A DNA stretch of 17,748 nucleotides from assembly GCA_051294375.1 (NCBI GenBank), contig CM119271.1, positions 7,296,843-7,314,590 on the forward strand, in the 5' to 3' direction. The stretch comes from Paraspadella gotoi (lineage: Eukaryota; Animalia; Chaetognatha). Each line of letters starts with the position of its first letter. The stretch's first letter is position 1. Of the stretch, positions 1 to 11,029 are shown one piece after another. The notes below the pieces were generated by a model. That model was not told the origin of the DNA and did no database searches. It worked only from the letters and a program-made list of their open reading frames with translations. The position numbers and the translations under genes are program-made.

Positions 1-207
1 TTTTTTTGGTCGCGCAGTCGCGTTTGTTTGTTATTTTCTCGAGCGACGGCGCGCGATCGCCGCGTAACAACTTGGCGATCACCCTGTAACCACTTTCGCA
101 CTCATGGAATCAATCATCCGATAATGAATGGCTCATTGAGAAATTTTTTGGAGACAATGTTTTTTTTTTTTTTGCAATCGGGAATGAGGTCGAAGGTGGG
201 ACGGACG

Positions 208-465
208 TACAACTGTGACTAAGAATGATTTAACAAGAATTATAACAAGAATGATCACCTAGAATGATTGGAATGACAACCAAGAATGAGAACAAAGTCA
301 CGGGAATGCGATACCACAATCCCCTCATAAACGAGTACTACTTATATACAACTGCGACCAAAAATGATAACAAGAATGATCACCTAGAATGATTGGAATG
401 ACAACCAAGTCCAAGAATGATAACCATTGATGGTGATGAAGTCATAGGAATACGATGCCGCAATC
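208..465. repeat. Two-copy direct repeat, ~125-140 bp period, built from short AAGAATGA sub-repeats
   Basis: TACAACTG starts at 208 and 347. A 43-nt block ATAACAAGAATGATCACCTAGAATGATTGGAATGACAACCAAG is identical at 242-284 and 367-409. The tails aagtcacgggaatgcgataccacaatc and aagtcataggaatacgatgccgcaatc align. Confidence 0.9.
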
Positions 466-639
466 GCCACAGAGGCGCTGACACTGAGAACCTCATTACG
501 TTTAAACAGACAAGCCTAAGCCCGAAAAATCCCGACAGCCCCTTTTCCCCTCACAGGGTAACAGTAGCGGTTGACGGCAGCGACGCCCGTAAAGGGAAGG
601 ATCTAAGCGCGCTCAAGATTTACTAGCACGGAAAAAAAA

Positions 640-739
640 NNNNNNNNNNNNNNNNNNNNNNNNNNNNNNNNNNNNNNNNNNNNNNNNNNNNNNNNNNNNN
701 NNNNNNNNNNNNNNNNNNNNNNNNNNNNNNNNNNNNNNN
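640..739. other. Assembly gap (100 N)
   Basis: Run of exactly 100 N, the conventional unknown-size gap. Confidence 0.99.
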
Positions 740-1019
740 AGCCCGTTATTTACGCCTCAGAACCAGGGTATCATGAGAAAGTTATTGCTTCCAGTGGAAT
801 GGCGAAAGAGTGAAAATGGGGAAAAAAATGGTAAGAACAGCAAACAGGTGTTGCTGACGGAATTTAAAAGCTAAACGAGGATAAGTTGCTTGCAAAACGA
901 AGCAAGCATAACAAAAGGCGAAAGAGGATGGAATGAGCGACCAACAATATATACGAGGCCGGTTCCTTTGTGTCTCCTCTCTATCGTCGACCACTTTCCA
1001 CCTCTCTAAGAGCATAACT

Positions 1020-2840
1020 CAACTTTAATATACAAAGACAAAACTCGCCTTTTTCCAAATGTAAAAGAGATAAAAAATTCTAAAACACCGGAAAAACGAA
1101 TATTCTTTCAAAGAAAAAAAAGAAATAAAACGTTAAAATTTACTTCTGCACAATAACATGCATCGAGGTTGTTTAAACATTGGGTTTGAGGACAGTTATT
1201 ACAATATCTTTTTATCAAAACACAGAAAAAAATTTCCTCTCTTTTATTTTTTATGTCTCCCTTCTCTCTCTCTTTTCTCTTAATTTATGTAGCTTTCTCT
1301 CACTCTGCAAAAGATAAAAAGCGTTAAATACACCAGAAAAGACTTTTTCTCTGTAAAAAGATATGAAAACTTTAAAAATAACAGAAAAACGAATTTTTTT
1401 ACAATGTAAAATTAGCAATTAAAAACTTTAAAAAAAACGGCAAAACGTTTTTTCCAATGTAAAAACATATACGCACAAACACTGACGTAAACGAACTTTT
1501 CTAAAGTAAAAAGTGATAAAAACGTTAAATACAGGTGCGGGCAGACGAATATTTCCAAAGAGATTAACAACTTTAAAAACAAAGAAAAACGGCTTTTTTT
1601 CGCAATGTAAAAAACGAGATAAAAAATTTTCTAAAAAACACCGGAAAAAACGATATTTCAAAGAAAAAAGAAAAAACGTTTAAATACTTCCTGCAAATCT
1701 AACACTCAATCAGAGGAGCTTGTACACAAATTGGTGAGGACAGTTATTAATAATATCTTTTTATCAAAACAAACAAAATTTCCTCTCTTTTATTTTTATG
1801 TCTCCTTCTCTCTCATCCTTTTCTCTTTAATTTTATGTCAGCTCTCGCTTTCTCTCACTTCTCCACAAAGAATATTCAATTACACGTTAATTTACACACC
1901 AGATCCATCACTTTACTTCTCTCTTTCTTCCCTTCTCTGTTCCAAAGATATGAAAACACATTTCAAACAAACAATCAAAGAGGAAACCCCATCGAAAACT
2001 TAATTATTATTTGTCAAAGCTGCTGATTCCAATTCAACAACGAAATCAGAAACACTTTTTATATTATGGAAAATAAATCTAAACGGCGTTCGGTGGCAAA
2101 ATTTCTGGGCAGAGCTAATCTTTTATTTCACATGCGGTATAAAAAATATATAGATCTTATATTTAAAAAAAACACCGGTACTAAGACAACAAAACCCTTG
2201 ACTTTTTTTCTTTTCTTGGATTAGTCATTTACAAGTGACTAAAAATTTAACAGTTTTTTAAATACTCTCACACAAGCGGCATGAATTTCGACATCTTTAA
2301 ATCGCCATTTTCCATACCTGGGAAGCAAAAGATGAATAATATCTCTTCATGGGATCCCTGGGGTTTATACACATAGGAACTTAAAAAAAACAAGAAAAAG
2401 CATAAAATGAGACGGGGCTAAAATTTAACGGCTAGAACCACAAGCTTTTTCCAATGTAAAAACAGAGCATATTTTCATCATTTAAACAATTTTTCTAAAA
2501 CAATCCCGCGGTTAAAACCGATATTTTCAAAGAAAAAGAAAATTCAAAAAACGTTAAATACTTCTCTGCAAATAACCATCATCGCGCGTTGTTAAAATTG
2601 GCGTGAGGACAGTGGGGGTCTACTCTAAATTTCATCTTTTTATCAAAACAAAAACACTCCTCGACAAATCAAATCTTCCTCTCTTTTATTTTTATGTCTC
2701 CTTCTTCTCCTCCCTCTTTTCCCTCTTTAATGCTTTATGTATGCTTTCTCTCACTCTCAATAGATAAAGTAAATACCAACCAGAAAATTACCGACTTTTT
2801 TTCCTCCTCTTGTAAAAAGATATGAAAACTTTTAAAAAAA
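1020..2840. repeat. Three copies of an AT-rich ~550-bp unit (A 1020-1567, B 1568-~1870 truncated, C ~2444-2840 partial)
   Basis: Anchor GAGGACAGT occurs at 1188, 1736 and 2605. ATCTTTTTATCAAAACA and TTCCTCTCTTTTATTTTT(T)ATGTCTCC are in all three copies. TGTAAAAAGATATGAAAACTTT is in A and C. Differences are mostly small indels. Confidence 0.9.
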
Positions 2841-3756
2841 ATCCCCTCTTCTCTCTCTCTCTCTCTCTCTCTCCTTCCTACTTTCACCCATTCACCCGCA
2901 CACATAAATTAAGTACAAACACAAAAATATTACACACATATTTCGCCACATTTTCCCTCTTTCAAAAAAAAACCTCAAAAAAAAAACCAGAAAAATAAAA
3001 AAAAAAACTTTTCCATTGTCGCACTTTCGTTTCGCGATATATATTTTTTTTCCTCCCCAAGGACCTTTTGGTCATGGCTCGAAGTTTTGGGCCAAAAATC
3101 TGGCCAAAAATCTGGCACCCGCCGTCCATCGGGTCTGAAGGGGGGAAAAAAAAAACTCAAACACACTTTTGGCCCTCGGCCACTATCGCTCCCCCCCCCC
3201 CCCAATTTCCCCCTTCCACCGCGCCACCTTCCCCCCTTTTCACCGATCCCAACTTCTGGACTTTCATCATTTATTTTTTTTTGGGGGGAACGGGTTTAAC
3301 TCGCATCCTTTCCTTAAAAATAACCGCGAGCAAACTTTTTCCTCGTTAGTGTTTTATTTTGTATCTTGTCATGAAAAAAGTTTAAATCCCGTTTGGATAT
3401 ATTTCTCTCTTTCTTTTTTCACTTTTCTAGAATTTTTTATTCTCTATCTTCGGCTTTCTTTTCTTTTTTGCTTTTTTTTACGTTTACTTTTCTTTTCGGT
3501 ATAATTTATATCATCAGTTCCTAAGCTTTTCTCTCGAGAAGTATCTTTTGTTTTTTTTTTTTCTCTTCTTCTTCTGTTTTTTTCTCAAAATTGAAAAGAG
3601 AATGTTTTCTTTTCCGCCTTTGTGTGTGTTTTTTTGTGTGTGTTTTTTTTTCTTGGTGGGAAATCTGAACAGTTGTAAGAATAACTAATGGCAAAGTTCA
3701 TATAGGCCGAATCTTCGAAAAAAAAAAGAGTAATAAGTGATTTTTTTTCCCCTTTT

Positions 3757-3774
3757 TGCTCTCTCCTCTCTCTC

Positions 3775-3807
<33 letters not shown>

Positions 3808-3820
3808 TCCTCTCTTCTTC

Positions 3821-3864
<44 letters not shown>

Positions 3865-4170
3865 TCTCTTTCGTTGATGACCGTTTTTTCCCAAGCCTCA
3901 ACCCCTTGGATACTCACACATCTACGCACTCCCACGTTTGCCGCAAAAAAAATACTTCGTGGCGTGGTCTTAACTATTTCCCTTTTTTTCTCCTCTTCCT
4001 CTCCCTCTCCCTCTCTCTCTCTCTCTCTTCTCTTCTCTTCCTTCTCTCTTCTTTTCCCGTCCTTCCAGTTGTAAGGACCCTTTGTTTAGCCTTAAGTACC
4101 ATCGGAATGTCGGAACAAAGAAAAGCTACCTCGAACCTTTCGGAAGAGAATTTTGATTTCTTATTGTCCA

Positions 4171-4236
<66 letters not shown>

Positions 4237-4266
4237 TCTCTCCTCTCTCCTCTCCTCTCCTTTCTC
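3757..4266. repeat. Cluster of imperfect (CT)n microsatellites (3757-3871, ~3980-4055, 4171-4266)
   Basis: Directly visible polypyrimidine CT tracts. Confidence 0.95.
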
Positions 4267-4734
4267 ACGTTTTCTTCTTTCCTTCACTAACCCGAAATAA
4301 CGAATTCCTTACGTCTAACTTATAACCTATTCATCCGGAAAACTGAAATTGAATATCACTTAGGCAACTATGTACTTATCACTCCCCCCCCTCGCGGAGA
4401 ATCTCAAAGCAAGCAGAACGAAAAACAAAACAGCAACGATCGAAAACAAACCAACGACTACAACGACAAACAACGACAATTATCGGGGACGCCTCTTCTC
4501 TCTCCGTCGTTCTCAGAAGTGACCTCGTTTCGTAATTTACAAGGGGAAGGTTCTTCTCGAATTCACCGAGATTGTTTATATGTTTATATACGATACAGCA
4601 AGGCCCCCTTTTTTTCTCTTCTCTCGATTACCTTCGGGGGGGGGGAGGTTTGAATTTGTTTATATCGGCGAGCTACAGTCGATCCCGTTAACCCGCGTCG
4701 ACCCTTCGAGCTCTCACAACAAAACGAGACTTGA

Positions 4735-4738
<4 letters not shown>

Positions 4739-4767
<29 letters not shown>
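4739..4767 (+). repeat. Poly(A) run, 29 nt
   Basis: Uninterrupted A run. No target-site duplication identified. Confidence 0.9.
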
Positions 4768-4771
<4 letters not shown>

Positions 4772-5007
4772 CCAGAGACTCTATCTAAGGAATTCTTTTC
4801 TCTTCTCTTTCTTCTTCTTCTCTTTCTTTTCTCCTTTTTTTGTTCTCTCCTTTTTTCTTTCCCCTCTCTGTTTTATGTTTTCTTATCTCGTTCGTGTTTA
4901 TTTTGTTGCCTCCAGTCGACGTCGTTCCTTCCTTTCTCTCAAACCTCTCCCCCCCCCCTGTTTACTTCGCTGGGTTCTTTCTCGCGGCCCGTTTGTTTAT
5001 ACTGGAC

Positions 5008-5040
5008 AGAGAGAGAGAGAGAGAAGAGAGAGGAAGAGAG

Positions 5041-5089
<49 letters not shown>

Positions 5090-5100
5090 CAAGAGAGCTC

Positions 5101-5161
<61 letters not shown>

Positions 5162-5180
5162 AGAGAGAGGACAGAGAGCG
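5008..5180. repeat. Imperfect (GA)n microsatellite
   Basis: Directly visible; it accounts for the RERE/SLSL pseudo-ORFs. Confidence 0.95.
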
Positions 5181-5851
5181 AGAAAGGAAAGAACCGGTCC
5201 TTCTTCTGGAACAAAGACACCCTTTGCTTTGGTTTCGTCGATTTAGGTTATGTTTTCTAGTTCGTGGAATGTTCGCCTTTTTTTCGATCTCATTTTACGG
5301 ACCGTCTGCTCTTTAAAAATAAAAAAAAATTAAAAAATAAAATTCGATTCACTAAAATAATTTAACGAAATTGGAGAAATCGCACGCATACCAATTTAAC
5401 ACTGGATCATGCGATATTTTTTAACAATCATTATTAACATCATTAGAGTACAATAAACTTTCTGTTTATGCTTTCTATCTTTCGATTGATTCTGTAATTA
5501 CGACCGATCAAGTCTCTTCTTTTTTCTTTAGAAAATCATCTTTCGTCTCACATAAAGAGAAAAAAGTCATTTCAAGGTCAAAATTTCTCCGATAAAAGTT
5601 GTCCGTGTCAAGTTAGAAAAGGCGGAGGACTTTTATTCAATAACGCAATAAAAACAAAGGAAATGACCCAAATGACATAGTTCCGAAGTCCGAACCAATA
5701 GTAAGCCGACAATTCATTTTAAATTCTTCAAATTCCCAACAACTTTCTCTTGTTTCGCCCAATTAATTTTTGTATCTATTCACCACTTCAAGACTACGTC
5801 GAGTCACATCGACCACCCTCGAGGTACCCCCGCCCGACGCTGCGACCCCAA

Positions 5852-5876
5852 NNNNNNNNNNNNNNNNNNNNNNNNN
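5852..5876. other. Assembly gap (25 N)
   Basis: Run of 25 N. Confidence 0.99.
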
Positions 5877-5895
5877 GCCTTTTATTTTGAACGAT

Positions 5896-6055
5896 TTCTC
5901 TATCTCTTCCTCTCTCTCTCTCTCCTCTTCTCTCTCTCTCATCTCTTCTCTCTCTCTCTCTTCTCTCTCTCCTCTCTCTCTCTCTCTTCCTTCTCTCTCT
6001 CTTTCCTCTCTTCTCTCTCCTCTCTGTCTCTCTCCTCCTCTCTCTTCTCTCTTCT

Positions 6056-6110
<55 letters not shown>

Positions 6111-6144
6111 CTCTTTCTCTCCTCTGCTCCAATCTCACCAACAC

Positions 6145-6174
<30 letters not shown>
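5896..6174. repeat. Long (CT)n tract (5896-6124) followed by an inverted (GA)n tract (6144-6174)
   Basis: Directly visible, with a ~20-nt spacer between complementary tracts. Confidence 0.95.
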
Positions 6175-6175
<1 letters not shown>

Positions 6176-6774
6176 ATATGCGTTCAAAAAATAAAGGCGC
6201 GAACTTTAAATAAAAAAAACAAGACTCAAATAGTTCATTTTTTAGGTAAACATTTTGTGAGCGAAGTGAGAGATTTGGTCAGAAGTTGGAAAGCGTCTCA
6301 CAGAATTCGCAGTTCGACGAGCAAGTGACAGGTCGAGCTGACGGTCGAAGCGAAGGGATTAAGAAATCCCTCAAACCGAATTCCTCTCTTTTTTTCGATC
6401 TTCTTTTTTTTTTTATCTTTTTCTTTTCCAAAGTTCTTCTCTTGGAATTTTTCTTTATAGAGAACAAGATTTTTAGTCTCAAGTTTAATTTAACACTTAA
6501 ATACCTTAATTAATATTATATTGGCAAAGTCTTGCGAGACGCTTTCACAGTTTTTAGTTAGACCACGGGAACGATTTTTGTGAATTGTAAAAAAAAACAA
6601 CAAACATTTGCGAACTGTAATTAACGCGACCTTTTCACAAAATAAGGAAATTTGACAATCACAACAACGTCCTTGGGTAGCAGTAATGAAAAACAGAAGG
6701 AGGCAGGGAGTTTGAAATATGATTAGGCTTATCCCGTCGAAAAGCTTTGGAATCTGATTTCCTACCGTTCACCA

Positions 6775-6872
6775 CTCTCTCTCTCTCTCTCTCTTCTCTT
6801 CTCCCTCTCTTCTCTCTCTCTCTCTCTCTCTCTCATGAGCGCATCTCTCCATACCCTCCCTCTCTCTCTATC
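6775..6872. repeat. Imperfect (CT)n microsatellite
   Basis: Directly visible. Confidence 0.9.
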
Positions 6873-6916
6873 TCCCCCGCCCCATTGGCGAAAGTTTTAC
6901 TCACTACAACCTCTCT

Positions 6917-7720
6917 NNNNNNNNNNNNNNNNNNNNNNNNNNNNNNNNNNNNNNNNNNNNNNNNNNNNNNNNNNNNNNNNNNNNNNNNNNNNNNNNNNNN
7001 NNNNNNNNNNNNNNNNNNNNNNNNNNNNNNNNNNNNNNNNNNNNNNNNNNNNNNNNNNNNNNNNNNNNNNNNNNNNNNNNNNNNNNNNNNNNNNNNNNNN
7101 NNNNNNNNNNNNNNNNNNNNNNNNNNNNNNNNNNNNNNNNNNNNNNNNNNNNNNNNNNNNNNNNNNNNNNNNNNNNNNNNNNNNNNNNNNNNNNNNNNNN
7201 NNNNNNNNNNNNNNNNNNNNNNNNNNNNNNNNNNNNNNNNNNNNNNNNNNNNNNNNNNNNNNNNNNNNNNNNNNNNNNNNNNNNNNNNNNNNNNNNNNNN
7301 NNNNNNNNNNNNNNNNNNNNNNNNNNNNNNNNNNNNNNNNNNNNNNNNNNNNNNNNNNNNNNNNNNNNNNNNNNNNNNNNNNNNNNNNNNNNNNNNNNNN
7401 NNNNNNNNNNNNNNNNNNNNNNNNNNNNNNNNNNNNNNNNNNNNNNNNNNNNNNNNNNNNNNNNNNNNNNNNNNNNNNNNNNNNNNNNNNNNNNNNNNNN
7501 NNNNNNNNNNNNNNNNNNNNNNNNNNNNNNNNNNNNNNNNNNNNNNNNNNNNNNNNNNNNNNNNNNNNNNNNNNNNNNNNNNNNNNNNNNNNNNNNNNNN
7601 NNNNNNNNNNNNNNNNNNNNNNNNNNNNNNNNNNNNNNNNNNNNNNNNNNNNNNNNNNNNNNNNNNNNNNNNNNNNNNNNNNNNNNNNNNNNNNNNNNNN
7701 NNNNNNNNNNNNNNNNNNNN
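6917..7720. other. Assembly gap (804 N)
   Basis: Run of N; the four long 'ORFs' here simply read through it. Confidence 0.99.
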
Positions 7721-8266
7721 TGATAATATAACTGAGAAAACAACCGACGAAACAACAGCCAAAAAAAAACTGTCGAAACAGACGGATAAATTATAGCATA
7801 ACCCCCCCAAAAAAAAACCAGCTGACGAAACAACGGACAAAACAACTAAAGAGACAATCGACGGAACCACCGACAAAATAAACTGCACAAACAATCGTCA
7901 AAACAACCCACGAAACAACCGAGGAAACGAGACGAAACAACTCGGAAATCGCTAATAGGAATCGCGAACTCCGAATACGTTCGACCTTCTCAACGACCGA
8001 CGCGGCCTCGACGCTTTGCCGACGCTGCACCGGAGCTGCACCGGCGACCGGCGACCGGCGCCGACGCGGTCCGCCGCCCAACAAATGAGGCGGATCGAAG
8101 GGCGAGGCGGCGAATGGACGGGGCTCGGCGTCACGTGGCTCGGGAGGTTTATGGTTCGAGACTCGGAGAGTCGGAATGACCGGGAGAGGGGGGGGGCGGG
8201 AGATTTGCAAATGAGGGAAAGTTCGTCGTGGATGAGCGAAGATGAACTCGTACAAGGGAAAACAGA
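7721..8266 (+). CDS. Possible frameshifted exon encoding a Thr/Asp/Glu/Lys-rich tetrapeptide-repeat region
   Basis: About 12-nt periodicity (ACAACCGACGAA-like) in 7730-7945 gives TEKTTDETTAKK, ADETTDKTTKETIDGTTDK and TIVKTTHETTEET in shifting frames. A GC-rich open frame continues to SSWMSEDELVQGK, then switches abruptly to T-rich intron-like sequence near 8270. No homology recognised. Confidence 0.4.
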
Positions 8267-8599
8267 TGTATTTATTTGTTTTGTTTTGTTATTTTTTGTT
8301 TCGAGCGAGTTAAGTCGATTGATATTTTGACTTTTTGTCGTTTCATTTTTTTCCGGTTTCACGGGGTCTGCTTTCTCATTTCCGGTTCGTCATCGACTCT
8401 CCAAGTTTAATTAAAACGAATCTTTACGAAGAAAATTAGTACAATTCAGATTTTTGCAACCATTTTTTTTTTCAAAAATAGTTTTTTGGTATGCTGTTAG
8501 CAGTATATTCTCAAGCTGGGTTTTTTCCAATCAGGACATTTCGAGATAGAAATTAGCAAACAGATCGGGACTACGAAATGTCGTGATCGGCGTCGCGGC

Positions 8600-8890
8600 A
8601 AGAAATGAAATGACTCACATCCGACATCTTCGTCTCACATCTCACGTCTCGTGACACCTGACCCAAGGCCCGACCCGTGCGCCGCCCTTACAACGAGGGT
8701 CAAATCACGCTCGCGCGAGTTCGAAGTGTCACACGTCGAATCTAAATAACGAAAGAAAAAAAAATGGGGGGGGGGAGGAAACTTCCGTCACGTGACCCCG
8801 AATCGCCGAATCACCGAGTCACGTGAAATAATCCTCGAGGTCGCGCGCGGAGGAATCACGGAATCACGTGATTCGGAGAAATGACGTCCG
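8600..8890 (+). promoter_or_regulatory. CpG-rich promoter-like motif cluster (three E-boxes, ETS, AP-1, CRE-like)
   Basis: TGACTCA 8611-8617; palindrome CTCGCGCGAG 8710-8719; ACTTCCG 8781-8787 abutting GTCACGTGAC 8787-8796; GTCACGTGA 8818-8826; 14-bp palindrome GAATCACGTGATTC 8861-8874; TGACGTC 8882-8888. Confidence 0.55.
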
Positions 8891-8979
8891 CCGACCTTCG
8901 ATGGCACCGAGGAGGAAGTGCGGGTCCCGCACGACGACGACGAAGACGACGACGATGAGGACGAAAGGCAAAATGGAAG

Positions 8980-9010
<31 letters not shown>

Positions 9011-9163
9011 GCACAGCCTCGCCGAAACCAACTGCCAAAGACGTCAACGGATTGAAGGATTGAATCGATCGGCGTCGAGGGATAAAAGGAGGAGGAGGAG
9101 GAAGAGGAGGAGGAGGAGGATGGAGGAAGAGAAAAAGGAGAAGAAAATGAAAGGATGGAATGA
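8881..9163 (+). CDS. Probable first coding exon of a protein with an acidic Asp/Glu-rich N-terminus (frameshifted in this assembly)
   Basis: ATG at 8881 lies just after the motif cluster. (GAC)n and (GAG)n triplet runs read, with about three single-base frame corrections, as MTSAD-DGTEEEVRVPHDDDEDDDDEDE-GKMEGDDDDDDDDDEHSLAETNCQRRQRIEGLNRSASRDK-EEEEEEEEEDGGREKGEENERME. The 3' boundary is uncertain. Confidence 0.45.
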
Positions 9164-9545
9164 GATTAAGTATATTAAGTATCGAGAAGGAAAAAAAAAA
9201 GTACCGACAATGCTCCCCGGATGAAAGGGCTTGAGGCGAAAAGTATTAAAACTTGTTTTTAATTTATGGTACTTTATTGCTAAATGGTAGATTTACGAAC
9301 CTAGATAGCTCAAGAGTAATCCTTGCTGTAAGTTAGTTTTAATTTTTACATAAAAAAAAGATGCTAATTGGATTGTTGGGCCCCATCACCGTCATCATTA
9401 GCCCCACTCGACCCCCCCACCCCGCCCCCGTGGCTCAGTCCGCTACCCATCCCGACCCTTCAACATCTTCAAAAAAAGAGAAGATGTTTAACCCTGAATT
9501 TTTTTCCTTTCCGCTTTTTTTCTTCTCTCTTTTCGCCGCCGATAG

Positions 9546-9645
9546 GAGGAGGTGATAAATCGAAAAGACGACCGAGATTCCATCGAGAGGAAAAAAAGAG
9601 GGAAGAAAGATGCGGATCATGCGTCCATCGTGGGATCGCATCTCT
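9546..9645 (+). CDS. Candidate internal exon (100 nt)
   Basis: Branch-like TTTAAC at ~9487, polypyrimidine tract ~9499-9535, acceptor TAG ending 9545 and donor GTAAG at 9646. The interval is purine-rich and open in two frames (e.g. EEVINRKDDRDSIERKKRGKKDADHASIVGSHL). Confidence 0.45.
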
Positions 9646-11029
9646 GTAAGGCGATCGTTTGGTGATTGGGGTTTTTTTTTTTCTGTTCCATCTGTTCGTT
9701 CTTGAAGAGTTTAATGAGGTAGAGAGTTTAAATTTAAAAATGTTTGTTTATCTGTTTTGTTTGTCATTTGGCATTCTTGTGCCAGGATAACAGCTTCAAG
9801 CAATTAACATATATGCATAATATATCCTTTTTTAAAAAAAAAAAGATATAAAATTCTACTCTTGATTGTCGTCTTTCAAAGTAACAACATTTTTAACCAA
9901 GCTCCACAAAATCCGAGCACAGATTCTTCATTTTCTTTCCAAGAACATTTTATTTTGACGTTTGCCAACGAGTGGTAAAAATCTCAATCAGAAAACGCCA
10001 AGAATTTTTCCGACTATTTTTTTTTTTTACAACGAAATTTGATTGACAAACGGACGGGCAGACTGATACAAAAAACAAAAAAACTAAAGCACAGACGGAC
10101 CGACTGATCAGTACAGCAAAGAAATACCAACAATCGTTTGACAGTTTGACAAAACAAAATATTGAACTCATCGGTTTTTTTTTTAACTAAAAAACTCAAA
10201 ACTATTTTTTTTTAAAGAGAAACACAAAACCGTCGATTTTCCGACAGATAGATATTATTTTTTCTCTTAACTTTATTTGTTCCTTTTTTCGCTCAAAAAA
10301 AAAGGTTAAAGAAAAAAATGTTGTCCTCGTCGCGCATGCTTTCAGATTTTGTTTTTTCGGACTTTTTTTTTCCTTAGAAAAACGTTTTTCCCTAACTTAT
10401 CAAAAAAAACAAAAAAAACAAGAAGAAGGGGCGAATCCTTTTGTAAGATTTCGAATTAAAGATGATTAGGGAGACGAAAGGAAGAGAATAAAAAATATTA
10501 AAAGGAGATTCTTAATGGCCTTGCTTGTTTCATTCACCCGCATTCTTTTCTTGAAACAAAAAAATGAGGGGGGGGGCAGGTAGAATAGACATGCCGGGTC
10601 CAGGAAAAAATAAAATTTCAGAAGGGAGGAAAAAGGTCATGTCACCGAATTCGATTTCGGATAGTTTTTAATGAACAAGTGAAATGGTCTTGGCGGGATT
10701 TTGACGCAAAAAGATTGGCGAAAAATTCGTACTTTTTTTCTATCTTTCGACCTCACTATCTTTTACTTCTCATAGAAAATAAAAACTATTTTCTTTATTC
10801 TAACTGGTCATTTTCCTCATGATCATTGCTCTAGTGGGTATTAAATGATACGGGCGTTGAGAAAGCTAGACTGTCTGCACCTTTGTCATATCTCAAGAAT
10901 CCAAATGCTTGACATGCTTTTTTTTTACCATAGTAATATATTTTTTTGCTTAAATTAGTCCACATATTTTGGCCTTTAAAAAAATCAAAAACAATTTTTT
11001 TATCACTATAAGGTCATGGTCGTTTATTC

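Noticed and set aside
740-1016. Purine-rich coding-like stretch (MRKLLLPVEWRKSENGEKNGK...)
   Set aside because: The frames are short and broken by stops, with no splice or homology support, so it is too weak to call.
3090-3116. 12-bp tandem duplication GGCCAAAAATCT x2
   Set aside because: It is too short and lies in a noisy region; there is no insertion between the copies to make it a target-site duplication.
4739-4767. Retroposon poly(A) tail
   Set aside because: No Pol III A/B boxes or target-site duplication are evident, and long homopolymers are common throughout the window.
3585-6213. ORFs of 65-226 aa rich in RE/SL/F
   Set aside because: They are translations of (CT)n/(GA)n and homopolymer tracts, which lack stop codons.
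6747-7894. Long 298-353-aa ORFs
   Set aside because: They are read-through of the 804-N gap.
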